Origin: an uncultured Spirochaetota bacterium
Lineage (GTDB): Bacteria > Spirochaetota > UBA4802 > UBA5550
NCBI GenBank assembly: GCA_963827275.1
Contig: CAWHAA010000005.1
Coordinates: 736,001 to 800,000, forward strand
Direction of reading: 5' to 3'
DNA length: 64,000 nt
Below the pieces are notes generated by a model. The model saw only the letters and a list, made by a program, of their open reading frames with translations. It did no database searches and had not been told where the DNA came from. A program made the translations under genes and the position numbers. Of the stretch, positions 30,435-40,144 are shown piece after piece. Every line of letters begins with the position of its first letter. Position 1 is the stretch's first letter.

Positions 30435-30596
30435 CCTGTTCACGACCAATGATCCCCCGGGGAGTATGCCTTTTATGAGACATAAAAATATTGCCAATAA
30501 TAATCGGCATATACAAAAATATGTCAATGATTATTTTTGTACAACTGTTAAATTATGAGCGGGGGCACGCGGCTGGCATGTGACAATGAAACCAGT

Positions 30597-31406
30597 TCAC
30601 ATCTGGATTATCTTCAGATCGCGCGGAAACTGCGAGTCACGGTATGTCTTTACCTTCACCGGGTCATTCAGCACGACACCGCTGAAATGTATATCGAGCC
30701 TGAGGCGGGAATTATGCCCCACGATGGCGATGCTTGAGAAGAGCCTGCTGGCGCCACGGGTGACCGGGCGGGACAGGTACACCTCGAACTTTTCCCCGGT
30801 CTTCTTCGCGACGAGCTTGATCCTGTCAGGGTCGTTCTCTTTAAAGGATATTGTCTGATAAAAGCGCGGATTCTCGAGTATCAGCATCGACCCCTTCCGG
30901 TCATTTGCAGTGAGGCCCTGCCGCACCGAGTAACCCGGGATCACCGGCACGGTCCCGGCAATCAGGCCGGAGAGAAGGTTAAAATCAACGGCAATGCCGC
31001 CGTAATTCGCCAGGTCGATTTTTTTCACGCTGTCCACATACATCTTCCTGTCCGCGGGATAATAGATGCGTATGGTGTCGCCTTCACGGAAAAGGGTCGT
31101 CAGGGGGCTCCTGAAAATAAAGTCGATGAATGCCACGTACAGCAGCTCCTGCCGCTTATCGAACTGGAGACGGCCGAGCAGCCGGTACCGCTGTTCCGCC
31201 CTGCTGCCGTTGATGGAGAAATCGGCGGTACAGAAATCCGGGGAATTCCGGTTGATCTCGCTGATGGCGCCGAGCATGTCGCGTATGCCGTCCTTACCGC
31301 ACGCGTGGTAGCGGTCGGCGAGCGCCTCATCGTCGCGGAGGGGCGCGGTGCCGCAGCCGACGGCCGACGCGGCAAGGACTATCAACAAAGGGACCAACAC
31401 TCGCAT
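30597..31406 (-). CDS. Lipoprotein, LolB/DUF4292-like
   Basis: Lipobox SAVGC; beta-rich; directly downstream of a TPR gene, a common pairing. Confidence 0.6.
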   Translation of the reverse strand: MRVLVPLLIVLAASAVGCGTAPLRDDEALADRYHACGKDGIRDMLGAISEINRNSPDFCTADFSINGSRAEQRYRLLGRLQFDKRQELLYVAFIDFIFRSPLTTLFREGDTIRIYYPADRKMYVDSVKKIDLANYGGIAVDFNLLSGLIAGTVPVIPGYSVRQGLTANDRKGSMLILENPRFYQTISFKENDPDRIKLVAKKTGEKFEVYLSRPVTRGASRLFSSIAIVGHNSRLRLDIHFSGVVLNDPVKVKTYRDSQFPRDLKIIQM

Positions 31407-31412
31407 GGGCGC

Positions 31413-33356
31413 CTACTGCCTCTCCTGGTATTGTTTTATCTTGCCGTCGAGCGTGCCGCTCTTCTTCATGTCATTGGACTTGCGCCAGTACCTGAGCGCG
31501 TCCTCAATTTTTCCCAATCTCTGGTAGGTGTCGCCGATATGGTCATAGACCGCAGGGTCGGGCGTGTTGGCCTTCAGCAGAAGGTCCTCGGCCTCGAGGA
31601 GCGTTTCAAGCGCCAGCTTGTAATCGCCCTTGCGGAAATAGGCCCATCCCAGGGAATCCGTGTACGCCCCGTTCGCCGGCTCAAGCTCGAGCGCCTTGCG
31701 TATCAATCCCAGCGAGACGTCTATCTTCATGTTGTTGTCGGCGTAAAGGTACCCGAGGTAGTTATAGGCGCGCGCGCTCCCGGGGTTGTGCTTGATCGCC
31801 TTCTCGAGCGAATCTATCGCCAGGTCAAGCTTGGACAGCTTTTCCATGACGATGGCCATGTAAAAATAATAGGTCTCGCTCGTGTCCTCGAGGGTGATCG
31901 CGCGGCGGATATGCCGTTCCGCCGTGGGGTAGTCCTCCCGCCAGATAGAGAGGAGCCCCTTGAAGAAGTGGGGCCGCGAATTGGCGGGCTCTCTGGCGGA
32001 GGCCCGGTTGAAATAGCGCATCGCGCTTTCATAGTCACTGGCAGCGCCGTACAGGTAGCCGATATGGAGCATCAGGTCGATATCGGGCTGGAGGGCGTTC
32101 GCCCCGAGGTAGTTGTACAGGGCAAGGGCGTACAGGCGCTTCTCCTCGTAGGCCTTCCCCAGGTAGTAGAAGACACCCGGCACCGACGGGTTGAGCCTGC
32201 CCGCTTCGTTGAAACAGCGTATCGATTCATCGTACAACGCGCTGTTAAACATCAGCACGCCGGTCGCGACATATTCGCTGAAGGCCGCGCCCGTGTCGCC
32301 CTTTCTCGCGTTGATCCGCGCCATCGCCAGGTGGATCGAGATGGTCCTGGGGGCCGCCTTCATGATGCCCGCGAGGAACTTCTCCGCCATGTCGTCCTTC
32401 TTTAAAAGCTCGCAGTAGAGGCCCCGGGCCAGGATGCCGCTCAAGGACGCGTTGTTCTTCGCCCGTCCCAGGTGGGCGACCGCCCGATGGTCGCCGCGGA
32501 GGTAATAGACCCTTCCGAGGACCGAGTTGATGACCGGGTCGCCGGGCCGCTTCTCGAGAAATTCCAGCGCGCAGCGCTCGGCGTTGGAGAGGTCGTACAT
32601 TTCCAGATACGTCAGGGCGAGATAATAGATTGCGTCCGGGTTCTCCCTGTTGATCTCGAGCGCCTCGCGGTACATCGCCACGGCCTGCGACAGCTCCCCC
32701 TTCCGGTAGGCGATGTTCGCCAGGCTCACCAGCGAGCGTTCCCGGTAATAGTCTTCGACCGGCACCCGGTTGGACATGTCGATGACGCTTTTAAACGCCG
32801 CGGACGCCCGGTCCGCGTCGCGCATGTTGTTGTAATAATGCTCGGCGAGGATATAGCGCACCTGCACCGATTCCGGCTTCACCTTCAGGTACTCTTCCAG
32901 GATACCGGCCGCGGCATCGTATTTTTTTTGCTTCAGGTAGATGTTGAAAATCCTGTTGTAGACCCGCATGTTTCCCTTGTCGATGGCGATGCTCTTCCGG
33001 GCGTACTCCAGGGACGGCGCGTAATCATTCATGAAAAAATAGCAGTCCGAGATCTGAAAGTACACCCTGTCCAGCGAGACGCCGGAGGCGGTCGCGTCCT
33101 GGAAAGAGCGGAGCGCCTTCTTTAAAAGTGCCTCGCGCGATGGGCCTTTCCGCTCCTGCATGGCCAGGTTCCTGTAATAAAGGCCCCAGCTGTAACGCGA
33201 CCAGTCAGCGGCGTCACCGTCCCGGGGCGCCCCGTCCATCGTCTTCGCGCGCTTCAGCTCCGCTGCCGACGCGGGGCCGTTCCAGGGCGCCGGCGCCAGG
33301 GCCGAAAGGAAGATGACGGATGCGGCAATGATTGCTTTGACGGGTGCGGTCAACAT
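31413..33356 (-). CDS. Exported tetratricopeptide-repeat protein
   Basis: Signal peptide, many TPRs, C-terminal AYNYLGYLYAD...YTDSLGWAYF...YDHIGD. Confidence 0.9.
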   Translation of the reverse strand: MLTAPVKAIIAASVIFLSALAPAPWNGPASAAELKRAKTMDGAPRDGDAADWSRYSWGLYYRNLAMQERKGPSREALLKKALRSFQDATASGVSLDRVYFQISDCYFFMNDYAPSLEYARKSIAIDKGNMRVYNRIFNIYLKQKKYDAAAGILEEYLKVKPESVQVRYILAEHYYNNMRDADRASAAFKSVIDMSNRVPVEDYYRERSLVSLANIAYRKGELSQAVAMYREALEINRENPDAIYYLALTYLEMYDLSNAERCALEFLEKRPGDPVINSVLGRVYYLRGDHRAVAHLGRAKNNASLSGILARGLYCELLKKDDMAEKFLAGIMKAAPRTISIHLAMARINARKGDTGAAFSEYVATGVLMFNSALYDESIRCFNEAGRLNPSVPGVFYYLGKAYEEKRLYALALYNYLGANALQPDIDLMLHIGYLYGAASDYESAMRYFNRASAREPANSRPHFFKGLLSIWREDYPTAERHIRRAITLEDTSETYYFYMAIVMEKLSKLDLAIDSLEKAIKHNPGSARAYNYLGYLYADNNMKIDVSLGLIRKALELEPANGAYTDSLGWAYFRKGDYKLALETLLEAEDLLLKANTPDPAVYDHIGDTYQRLGKIEDALRYWRKSNDMKKSGTLDGKIKQYQERQ

Positions 33357-33362
33357 ACAGCA

Positions 33363-33391
33363 AAGATAGTATCCGAGTATATTATTGTCAA
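33363..33391 (-). promoter_or_regulatory. Sigma70-type promoter for the TPR gene
   Basis: TTGACA-N17-TATCTT on the minus strand. Confidence 0.55.
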
Positions 33392-33566
33392 ATCTTATTG
33401 GCCGCGCCGCCCGTGGACAGGCCGGCGACGGGGCCGGATATTTATTAAATTGACAAATATGGCTGTAACAATATATATTTAAACGCTGTCCAAATAGTAC
33501 GGGACGGCTCGCGGCCACACCGGCGTCAGGCGCCGCGCCCATACTGATTGCGAATGGAGGATTACA

Positions 33567-34265
33567 ATGTTTTACGGTATAGATCCGCTCTACTGGATGA
33601 TGATGGCACCGGTATTGATCCTTTCAATTTACGCGTCCATCAAGGTCAAGAGCACATTCAAGAAATATTCGAAAGTGATGTCCGCGTCAGGACTGACGGG
33701 AGCGGAGGTCGCCGTCCAGATACTCCGGCACAACGGCCTTACGAATGTCACCGTGACCGAAACGGGGGGCTTCCTCTCTGACCATTACGACCCGATGAAA
33801 AAAGTCGTGCGGCTCTCGCCCGAGGTATACCGGAGCAATTCCATCTCCGCCATCGGCGTTGCGGCGCACGAGACGGGCCACGCAGTGCAGCACGCGAAGG
33901 CGTACGGTCCCCTGGTATTGAGAAACACCATGGTCCCGGTGGCGAACATCGGGTCCAGCCTGTCATGGATCATCATCATCGCCGGCTTCATCTTCGGGGC
34001 GATGGGCCTGGTCAAGGTCGGCATCGTGCTCTTCAGCGTTGTCGTGTTCTTCCAGCTGGTGACCCTCCCGGTCGAGTTCAACGCGTCCACCCGCGCCAGG
34101 GCAATGCTCTCCTCCTACGGCATTATCTCCGAAACGGAGCTGAAGGGCGTGGGCAAGGTCCTCTCCGCCGCGGCAATGACCTACGTGGCCGCCGCAGCTT
34201 CCTCGATCATGACACTTCTCTATTTCCTGATACGGGCGGGGCTCCTGGGCGGCAGGGACGAATAA
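33567..34265 (+). CDS. Membrane zinc metallopeptidase (YugP/Zn_peptidase_2)
   Basis: LSDHYDP, VAAHETGHAVQH, TLPVEFNAS.RA, AAAMTYVAA. Confidence 0.93.
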   Translation: MFYGIDPLYWMMMAPVLILSIYASIKVKSTFKKYSKVMSASGLTGAEVAVQILRHNGLTNVTVTETGGFLSDHYDPMKKVVRLSPEVYRSNSISAIGVAAHETGHAVQHAKAYGPLVLRNTMVPVANIGSSLSWIIIIAGFIFGAMGLVKVGIVLFSVVVFFQLVTLPVEFNASTRARAMLSSYGIISETELKGVGKVLSAAAMTYVAAAASSIMTLLYFLIRAGLLGGRDE

Positions 34266-34280
34266 ATACAAATTTTTTTA

Positions 34281-34309
34281 TTGAAATCCGGTCGCGGCCA
34301 TGATCTAAT
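34281..34309 (+). promoter_or_regulatory. Sigma70-type promoter upstream of the YihY-family gene
   Basis: TTGAAA-N17-TCTAAT with extended -10 TG. Confidence 0.4.
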
Positions 34310-34414
34310 CCCGGTGGGGGCGGAGAGACACCCCTCCCCGCGGAATTGGAAGATCGGGCCGCGCATTATTTCCGGGCAGCATCGTAGTGTAAAACGCGCG
34401 AGGCAAGACGGCGC

Positions 34415-35362
34415 ATGAGAATAAAAGACCTGCTCTATAAAATTAAAATCCTGGTGCTCAGGCCCCTGCGGGCGGTGAAGGACTTTGTCGTCACCGACCT
34501 GCGCTGCGTCATGAAAAATTTCGGCGAGCATGACGGGGAGCTCTCCACCTGCTCTCTTGCGTTCTTTCTGCTGATCTCCTTCATCCCGCTCTCACTGGTC
34601 CTGATCGCGACGATGAGCTTCTTCTTCAAGTCGGACGACATGGCGGCATTTTACATCTCCCAGCTCAAAAGCCAGCTCCCCTCCATCGACATCGGGAAAT
34701 TCATCGCCGTGATTGAAAAAATAATATACAACAAGCGCTACCTGGCCTTCATCTGGGTCCCCTTCCTGTTCTGGTGGGGGAGCTTCGTCTTCGATATAAT
34801 CGAGCGGGGCCTGGAAAAGGCCTTCCGGATCAACGAGTGCCGGGTGTACTGGAGGGCCAAGATCCGCCACTTCATCATCATCCTTGGCATGGCGTTCTTC
34901 ATCCTCGTCGTGACCGTCTTTTCGAACTTCATCGCGCTCCTCAAGAACGCCGGCCTGGCCCTTTTCCTCGAAGCGAACCTGAACGAGGTAGGGGTCCTGA
35001 ACGACCTTCTCTCGATCATCGAGAGCATCCCCCTTCTCCTCTCCGCGGTCACCACGATGTTCATGAATACGCTGCTGATCTTCACGATCTACCGGTTCGT
35101 ACCGCCGAAAAAGCTCGGCAACCTGTCGCTCTTCAAGGGGGCCCTCTTTGCCTCGTTCAGCTACGAGGTGGTCAAGTCCCTCTTCTCATACTATATAAAG
35201 GAAATCAACGACTACACCTCGATCTTCGGATCACTCAACACCATCGTCATCCTCATGATATGGATATGGTACACCTGTTTCCTCTTCATTATCGGGGCAG
35301 AGATGGCCTGGGTCTTCCATGAAAAGACCGCGTGCGTTGACGAGCGGATCATCGACACGTAG
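34415..35362 (+). CDS. YihY/BrkB family inner membrane protein
   Basis: SLAFFLLISFIP, IYRFVP, YTSIFGSL..IVILMIWIWY...IGAE. Confidence 0.9.
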   Translation: MRIKDLLYKIKILVLRPLRAVKDFVVTDLRCVMKNFGEHDGELSTCSLAFFLLISFIPLSLVLIATMSFFFKSDDMAAFYISQLKSQLPSIDIGKFIAVIEKIIYNKRYLAFIWVPFLFWWGSFVFDIIERGLEKAFRINECRVYWRAKIRHFIIILGMAFFILVVTVFSNFIALLKNAGLALFLEANLNEVGVLNDLLSIIESIPLLLSAVTTMFMNTLLIFTIYRFVPPKKLGNLSLFKGALFASFSYEVVKSLFSYYIKEINDYTSIFGSLNTIVILMIWIWYTCFLFIIGAEMAWVFHEKTACVDERIIDT

Positions 35363-35409
35363 CCCGACCGGCCTCGTCCGGGCGGGACACTTAACAACGG
35401 GGGAAGCAT

Positions 35410-36738
35410 ATGGCAACCGGGACCAGGGCATCGGGGAAAGAGATATTCGGGTGGGCGATGTTCGACTTCGCGAATTCGGCCTACACCACCGTCATCATAA
35501 CAGTCGTCTTCTGCGTCATATTCCCGAAAATAATCGTGGGTGACGCGCCCGAATTCCGCCTGGGCAACCTTCTCTGGAGCGTCGCGCTCTCGGCAAGCTA
35601 CCTGGTGGTGCTCCTGACCGCGCCGCTGTTCGGCGCGATCGCGGACTTCGCCGCGGCAAAGAAAAAATTCCTGTTCGCGAGCTACCTGCTGACCGTGCTG
35701 GCCGTGTCGGCGCTCTATTTCGTGTCGCCGGGCGACATACTTCCCGCCATGCTCCTGGTCATCCTGTCAAACATCGGGTTCTGCTACAGCGAGTCCTTCG
35801 TATCCAGCTTCCTCCCCGACCTGGGGCCGCCGGAAGACCTGGGCAGGATCTCCGGGTACGCGTGGGGCCTCGGGTATTTCGGCGGCCTTTCCTCCACCGC
35901 CATCGTGCTCTTCGGGCTCGGCGCGCTCACCGCTGAAAATTTTCCGAACCTCCGGTTCGTGGGCCCCGTCACCGGCATCTTCTTCCTGGTGGCCGCCATA
36001 CCCACCTTCCTCTGGGTGAAGGAGCGCGGCGCCAGGAGGCCGCTCCCCCCGGGGAGCTCCTATCTCTCCGCCGGCTTCAGGCGCCTCAGGAAGACCATCG
36101 CCGACATCGGGGACTACCGCGACCTCGTGATACTGCTCGCGTCGTTCTTCTTCTCCTATGCCGGGCTTTCAATCGTCATAAGCTTCGCCTTCATCTTCGG
36201 GGACCAGGTGATCAGGTGGTCGGGGCTGACGCAGATGCTGATGTTCATCATAACGCAGTTCACCGCGGCGGGAGGGGCCTTCCTCTTCGGCCACCTCCAG
36301 GACCGCATGGGCGCCAAGCGCACCCTCATGATGACGCTGGTGATATGGGTGGTCGCGGTCTCCCTGATCTACGGCGTTGAATACGTCACCCTCTTGCTGA
36401 ACGGTGTCTTCGGCGCCTCCTGGCAGACCCAGCATGTCTTCCTCGTCATCGGCTCGCTCGCGGGGCTCGGCCTCGGCGCCACCCAGTCCGCATGCCGCGC
36501 GATGGTGGGGCTCTTCTCGCCGGACACCAAGTCGGGTGAATTCTTCGGGTTATGGAACCTCACCGGAAAGCTCGCCGCCATATTCGGGCTCATGGGGCTC
36601 GGCATTCTGCAGAACAGCTTCGGCATGAAAAACGCCATCCTGATCTGCTCGGTCTTCTTCATCCTCGCCATCGTCGTCCTGGCGTTTGTCGATGAGGAGC
36701 GGGGCAAGGCGTCAGCGCTCGAGCATTCGGGGGAATGA
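35410..36738 (+). CDS. MFS transporter (UMF1/ATG22-like)
   Basis: WAMFDFANSAY, GRISGYAWGLGYFGG, SGEFFGLW; about 12 TMs. Confidence 0.9.
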   Translation: MATGTRASGKEIFGWAMFDFANSAYTTVIITVVFCVIFPKIIVGDAPEFRLGNLLWSVALSASYLVVLLTAPLFGAIADFAAAKKKFLFASYLLTVLAVSALYFVSPGDILPAMLLVILSNIGFCYSESFVSSFLPDLGPPEDLGRISGYAWGLGYFGGLSSTAIVLFGLGALTAENFPNLRFVGPVTGIFFLVAAIPTFLWVKERGARRPLPPGSSYLSAGFRRLRKTIADIGDYRDLVILLASFFFSYAGLSIVISFAFIFGDQVIRWSGLTQMLMFIITQFTAAGGAFLFGHLQDRMGAKRTLMMTLVIWVVAVSLIYGVEYVTLLLNGVFGASWQTQHVFLVIGSLAGLGLGATQSACRAMVGLFSPDTKSGEFFGLWNLTGKLAAIFGLMGLGILQNSFGMKNAILICSVFFILAIVVLAFVDEERGKASALEHSGE

Positions 36739-36775
36739 CCGGCCGCGCGGCGCGGGGGGACGGTGCGCGCCGCCC

Positions 36776-37807
36776 CTACCTGCCGTGCTTCGCCTTTATC
36801 TCCCTTGACTTTTTGAACCACGTCTCCGCGAGGTCATTGCTGTTACGCATCTTCATGATCAGCCCGATGCTGTTGTAGGGAACATAGTTGCCCGGATCGA
36901 GCCTGATGCTGTCAGTATATTCCCGCAGCGCCCTGTCGTATTCCTTCATGTCAAAGAAAATATCGCCCAGCGTATTGTGCGTCGTCGCGCGCGACGGATC
37001 GAGCTCGTTGGCCCTGGCCAGATCGGCCAGCGCTTCGTCGAGGCGCCGCGCGGCGTAGTGCGCCGTGCCGCGGTTATGGTAGGCGGAAGAAAACCGCGGA
37101 TAGAGCCGTATCGCAGTGCTGAAACAGGGCACCGACTCCCCGTACCGCCGCTCCGTCATGAGGTGCGCGCCGATGTTGTTGTACTCTACGCCTATAAATT
37201 CCTTGCGCGTCAGGCCCTTCATGTACACGCCGGCCCTGATCGATTCCGCCGGGATCCCGAGTGCGGAGATATAGTAGGCATCCGGATCGTGCCGGGAACG
37301 GGTCGGCTCCCAGTTGAGATAGGTGCCGTCGTCAAAGCAGAACCGGAGGAAGCTGTGGTTGGGCGCATACACCGGGATGAGGGGGATCTTCAGCACCTCC
37401 GCGACCGCGATGTAGAGGGCGCAGTAGTTGTCGCAATCGATCTTCTTCCGCTCAAGCCCCCTGCAGAGCAGGAGGTTGTTCGCGGTCGTATAGCCCTCCT
37501 CCTTCAGCAGCGCATCGATGACGCGGAGGGTCCGCAGGGCCTCCTCCGTGGTATAGGACCGGGCGGGGCCGAGGCGCGCCATCGCCTTCCCGATCAAACG
37601 GTTGACCGCGGCGCGGTGCTTTTCCCCGGCGCCGAAGTCCTTTTCCAGGTCAAGAAAATCGTGCGCGATGGTCTTCGGCTCCCCGGTATATACGGCGGGT
37701 CCGGGATTCTTCCCGGTCGCGGTCACGCATTGGGCAGAGGCAAACAGAAATAGTGCGGCGGCCAGCAGCAGGCGCGCCGGCATTGATTTTGAGCAAAATT
37801 TTTTCAT
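36776..37807 (-). CDS. Exported transglutaminase-like domain plus TPR protein
   Basis: Signal peptide; IDCDNYC, APNHSFLR, YLNWEPT; C-terminal TPRs. Confidence 0.75.
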   Translation of the reverse strand: MKKFCSKSMPARLLLAAALFLFASAQCVTATGKNPGPAVYTGEPKTIAHDFLDLEKDFGAGEKHRAAVNRLIGKAMARLGPARSYTTEEALRTLRVIDALLKEEGYTTANNLLLCRGLERKKIDCDNYCALYIAVAEVLKIPLIPVYAPNHSFLRFCFDDGTYLNWEPTRSRHDPDAYYISALGIPAESIRAGVYMKGLTRKEFIGVEYNNIGAHLMTERRYGESVPCFSTAIRLYPRFSSAYHNRGTAHYAARRLDEALADLARANELDPSRATTHNTLGDIFFDMKEYDRALREYTDSIRLDPGNYVPYNSIGLIMKMRNSNDLAETWFKKSREIKAKHGR

Positions 37808-38024
37808 GATGTGATACCCTCCCGGGGGAATGTTAATTTGCGCCTTACAATAGCTGAAATTACCTTAAAAACTCATCATTTTATGCAAAAAACCGGTATT
37901 GCGCCCTGGAAATGATTATCCACTAACATGCCATGGTTTTTTTCTCAAGCATAAAAGCCCCCGCATCGATGGCCCGCCCCTGCCAAAATATGCCGCTTAA
38001 TCATGATCGAAAAAAAAATTGACC

Positions 38025-38052
38025 TTGACTTATTGATTTTAGCTGATATTGT
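38025..38052 (+). promoter_or_regulatory. Sigma70-type promoter for the RRM gene
   Basis: TTGACT-N16-TATTGT with extended -10 TG. Confidence 0.4.
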
Positions 38053-38102
38053 GGCATCCTGTATCACAAAATGCATCTGTTTAAGCAAGGAGAAGAAGCA
38101 AA

Positions 38103-38375
38103 ATGAAAATCTATGTGGGGAATCTGCCGTACGCGGTAAATGACGCTGATCTCGAAAAGATGTTTTCTCCGTTTGGTTCAGTAACTGAGAGCAAAATCAT
38201 TACCGACAGGGACACCGGCAGATCGAAAGGCTTCGGGTTTATCGAAATGCCCAACCAGACAGAGGGCGATGAGGCGATCAAGCAGCTTGACGGCAAAGAG
38301 ATGGAAGGAAGAAACATCAAAGTCAACGTTGCCAAGCCGAAAGTTGATACCCCCCGCCGAGGTCCGCGGTATTAA
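38103..38375 (+). CDS. RNA-binding protein (single RRM)
   Basis: RNP2 IYVGNL and RNP1 KGFGFIEM. Confidence 0.95.
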   Translation: MKIYVGNLPYAVNDADLEKMFSPFGSVTESKIITDRDTGRSKGFGFIEMPNQTEGDEAIKQLDGKEMEGRNIKVNVAKPKVDTPRRGPRY

Positions 38376-38444
38376 TATCGCTTAGCCGCTGCACATTTTC
38401 CGGTTATACAATTTTTTAATCTCCGGGACGAGAAAGAAAGAAGC

Positions 38445-38482
38445 ATCTATCAGGTCGTGCCTGTATGCGCGGCCTGATAGAT
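38445..38482. terminator. Long stem-loop/terminator between convergent genes
   Basis: ATCTATCAGGTCGTGC-loop-GCGCGGCCTGATAGAT. Confidence 0.6.
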
Positions 38483-38555
38483 TTGTGCGCGCGGGAATAC
38501 ATCCTGTTAAACCTATCACCGCTTCATGCCGGCGACGGGCGCCGCGGGGCGTTTG

Positions 38556-38933
38556 TCACAGGCGCTGCGCGAGCGCCTCGTCTATGATGGCGTCCATGTC
38601 TTCATCGTACCGGTCATCCACGATGGACGCATCGGTCCCGACGACCTGCGCGCCGGCGGCGAATACCGAGTTCCAGGTCCCGGCGACCTGCGCGTTGACA
38701 AAGTAGTTCAGCTCCTCGCCGGCCTTCGACCCGCCCCATAACCCCGGCAGAACGGCAATCGCCAGCATGGCCGCGAGGGCCAGAGACGATATCGTGCCCG
38801 CCGCGGCGAAGCCCAGCCTCCTGGTACGGCGCCGGCGGTTGACGGCCCCTGCGATGCCGATGTTCCATTCTTCGCTCTTCAGCCGTGCCGCTATCCTGTC
38901 GTCAAATAATTTCTCATGCAATGTTTCCATCAT
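38556..38933 (-). CDS. Putative single-TM anti-sigma factor
   Basis: Overlaps the ECF sigma stop; Arg-rich stretch followed by one TM. Confidence 0.6.
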   Translation of the reverse strand: MMETLHEKLFDDRIAARLKSEEWNIGIAGAVNRRRRTRRLGFAAAGTISSLALAAMLAIAVLPGLWGGSKAGEELNYFVNAQVAGTWNSVFAAGAQVVGTDASIVDDRYDEDMDAIIDEALAQRL

Positions 38934-39427
38934 ATTTCCTCCCCGGATAGTTTCTGGAGCATCTCTTTACCCCGGGAAAAACGCGATTTCACGGTGCCCC
39001 TTGTTATGCCGAGCGCGCCGGCAATCTCATCTTCATGCATCCCCCGGGCCTTGAGCGCCATGACTTCCCGGTACTTGTCCGGGAGCCTTCCGATCAGTCC
39101 CTCCAGCCGGGCGGCATCATCGGGAGTAAACGGGCCCGGATCGTATTCCCTCTGCCGTTCAGCGGCCTTCTCGGCCTTCACCTCTTCGCGCTCCAGCTTC
39201 TTGTTCATCCGGAACGACTCGTTCCTGGCTATGGCATACAGCCATGATTCAACCGACGACTCGTTCCTGAACAGGCCCCCTGCCAGGTGGCGGTACCCTC
39301 GCAGGTAGGCCTCCTGCACCACGTCGTCGATGGCATAAGAAAATCGTGCCGCCAGGTGCTTCCGCACGGCTGACAGCACGATCTTCTTGGTCCTTCCCAC
39401 TATGGCCGCAAATTCTGTATCAGTCAT
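38930..39427 (-). CDS. ECF RNA polymerase sigma factor
   Basis: DDVVQEAYL, WLYAIARN, EIAGALGITRGTVKSRFSRG. Confidence 0.93.
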   Translation of the reverse strand: MTDTEFAAIVGRTKKIVLSAVRKHLAARFSYAIDDVVQEAYLRGYRHLAGGLFRNESSVESWLYAIARNESFRMNKKLEREEVKAEKAAERQREYDPGPFTPDDAARLEGLIGRLPDKYREVMALKARGMHEDEIAGALGITRGTVKSRFSRGKEMLQKLSGEEI

Positions 39428-39470
39428 CCTGGCGCGGTCCTTTCAAATTTCCCCGGTCCCTGACGGGGCC

Positions 39471-40034
39471 TTACTTCCCGTCATGCGCCGGGCCATGCTG
39501 CCGGGCTTTCCTGTCAGCACCCTTCCCGTCCATCTTTTTGTCCTTCATGTCACGCATCCCGCCCTTCATCATGTGCTTGCGGTGCGCTTTCATTTTGGCC
39601 TTCTGTTCCGGCGTGAGCGTCTTCTCGATGTCAAGCCGATGCTGTATCCTGAGCACCTGCAGCTCGGCCTTGATGTCCGACATCTCCTTGACCAGCGCCC
39701 GGACCTTTGCCATGTCGACATTGTCCTCCAGGAGTTCACGCTGGAGACGTATCTTCATCGGGGCGAGCTTTTCACGGTACGCGAGCATCTTCTTCTGGTG
39801 CTCCTTGTTGATGTCCGTGATCTTCACCACCTGCGCATCGGTGAGCCCGAGCTCTTTCTGCAGTCTCGCCGGGTCGCCAAACAAATGGCCGCCGTGCCCC
39901 GCTTGCACCATCGGGCAATCCCTGGCGCCGCCGCGCATCTCCCCGCCCTTCCCGCCTTTCTGGGCATACAGCGCGGGCTGGACAAGCAGCATCACCGCGG
40001 CCGCCGCCACAAACAGCTTTGAAATATTCTTCAT
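39471..40034 (-). CDS. Spy/CpxP-family periplasmic chaperone
   Basis: Signal peptide, LGLTDAQ and LTPEQK motifs, Met/His/Gly-rich ends. Confidence 0.88.
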   Translation of the reverse strand: MKNISKLFVAAAAVMLLVQPALYAQKGGKGGEMRGGARDCPMVQAGHGGHLFGDPARLQKELGLTDAQVVKITDINKEHQKKMLAYREKLAPMKIRLQRELLEDNVDMAKVRALVKEMSDIKAELQVLRIQHRLDIEKTLTPEQKAKMKAHRKHMMKGGMRDMKDKKMDGKGADRKARQHGPAHDGK

Positions 40035-40144
40035 GATTCGTTCCTCCTGCCTTATTTTTCAAACCGGTCTTTCACGATTGTATCCGTAAGACCCGCGAGG
40101 AGAAAAAAGGTTCCATTTTTTACAAAAAATGTATCGGCGGGCCG

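Noticed and set aside
34293..34363. Long imperfect hairpin as an ncRNA (SRP-like)
   Set aside because: Lacks the SRP GGAA/AGCAG core, and its 5' arm overlaps a predicted -10 box. More likely a terminator or chance GC pairing.
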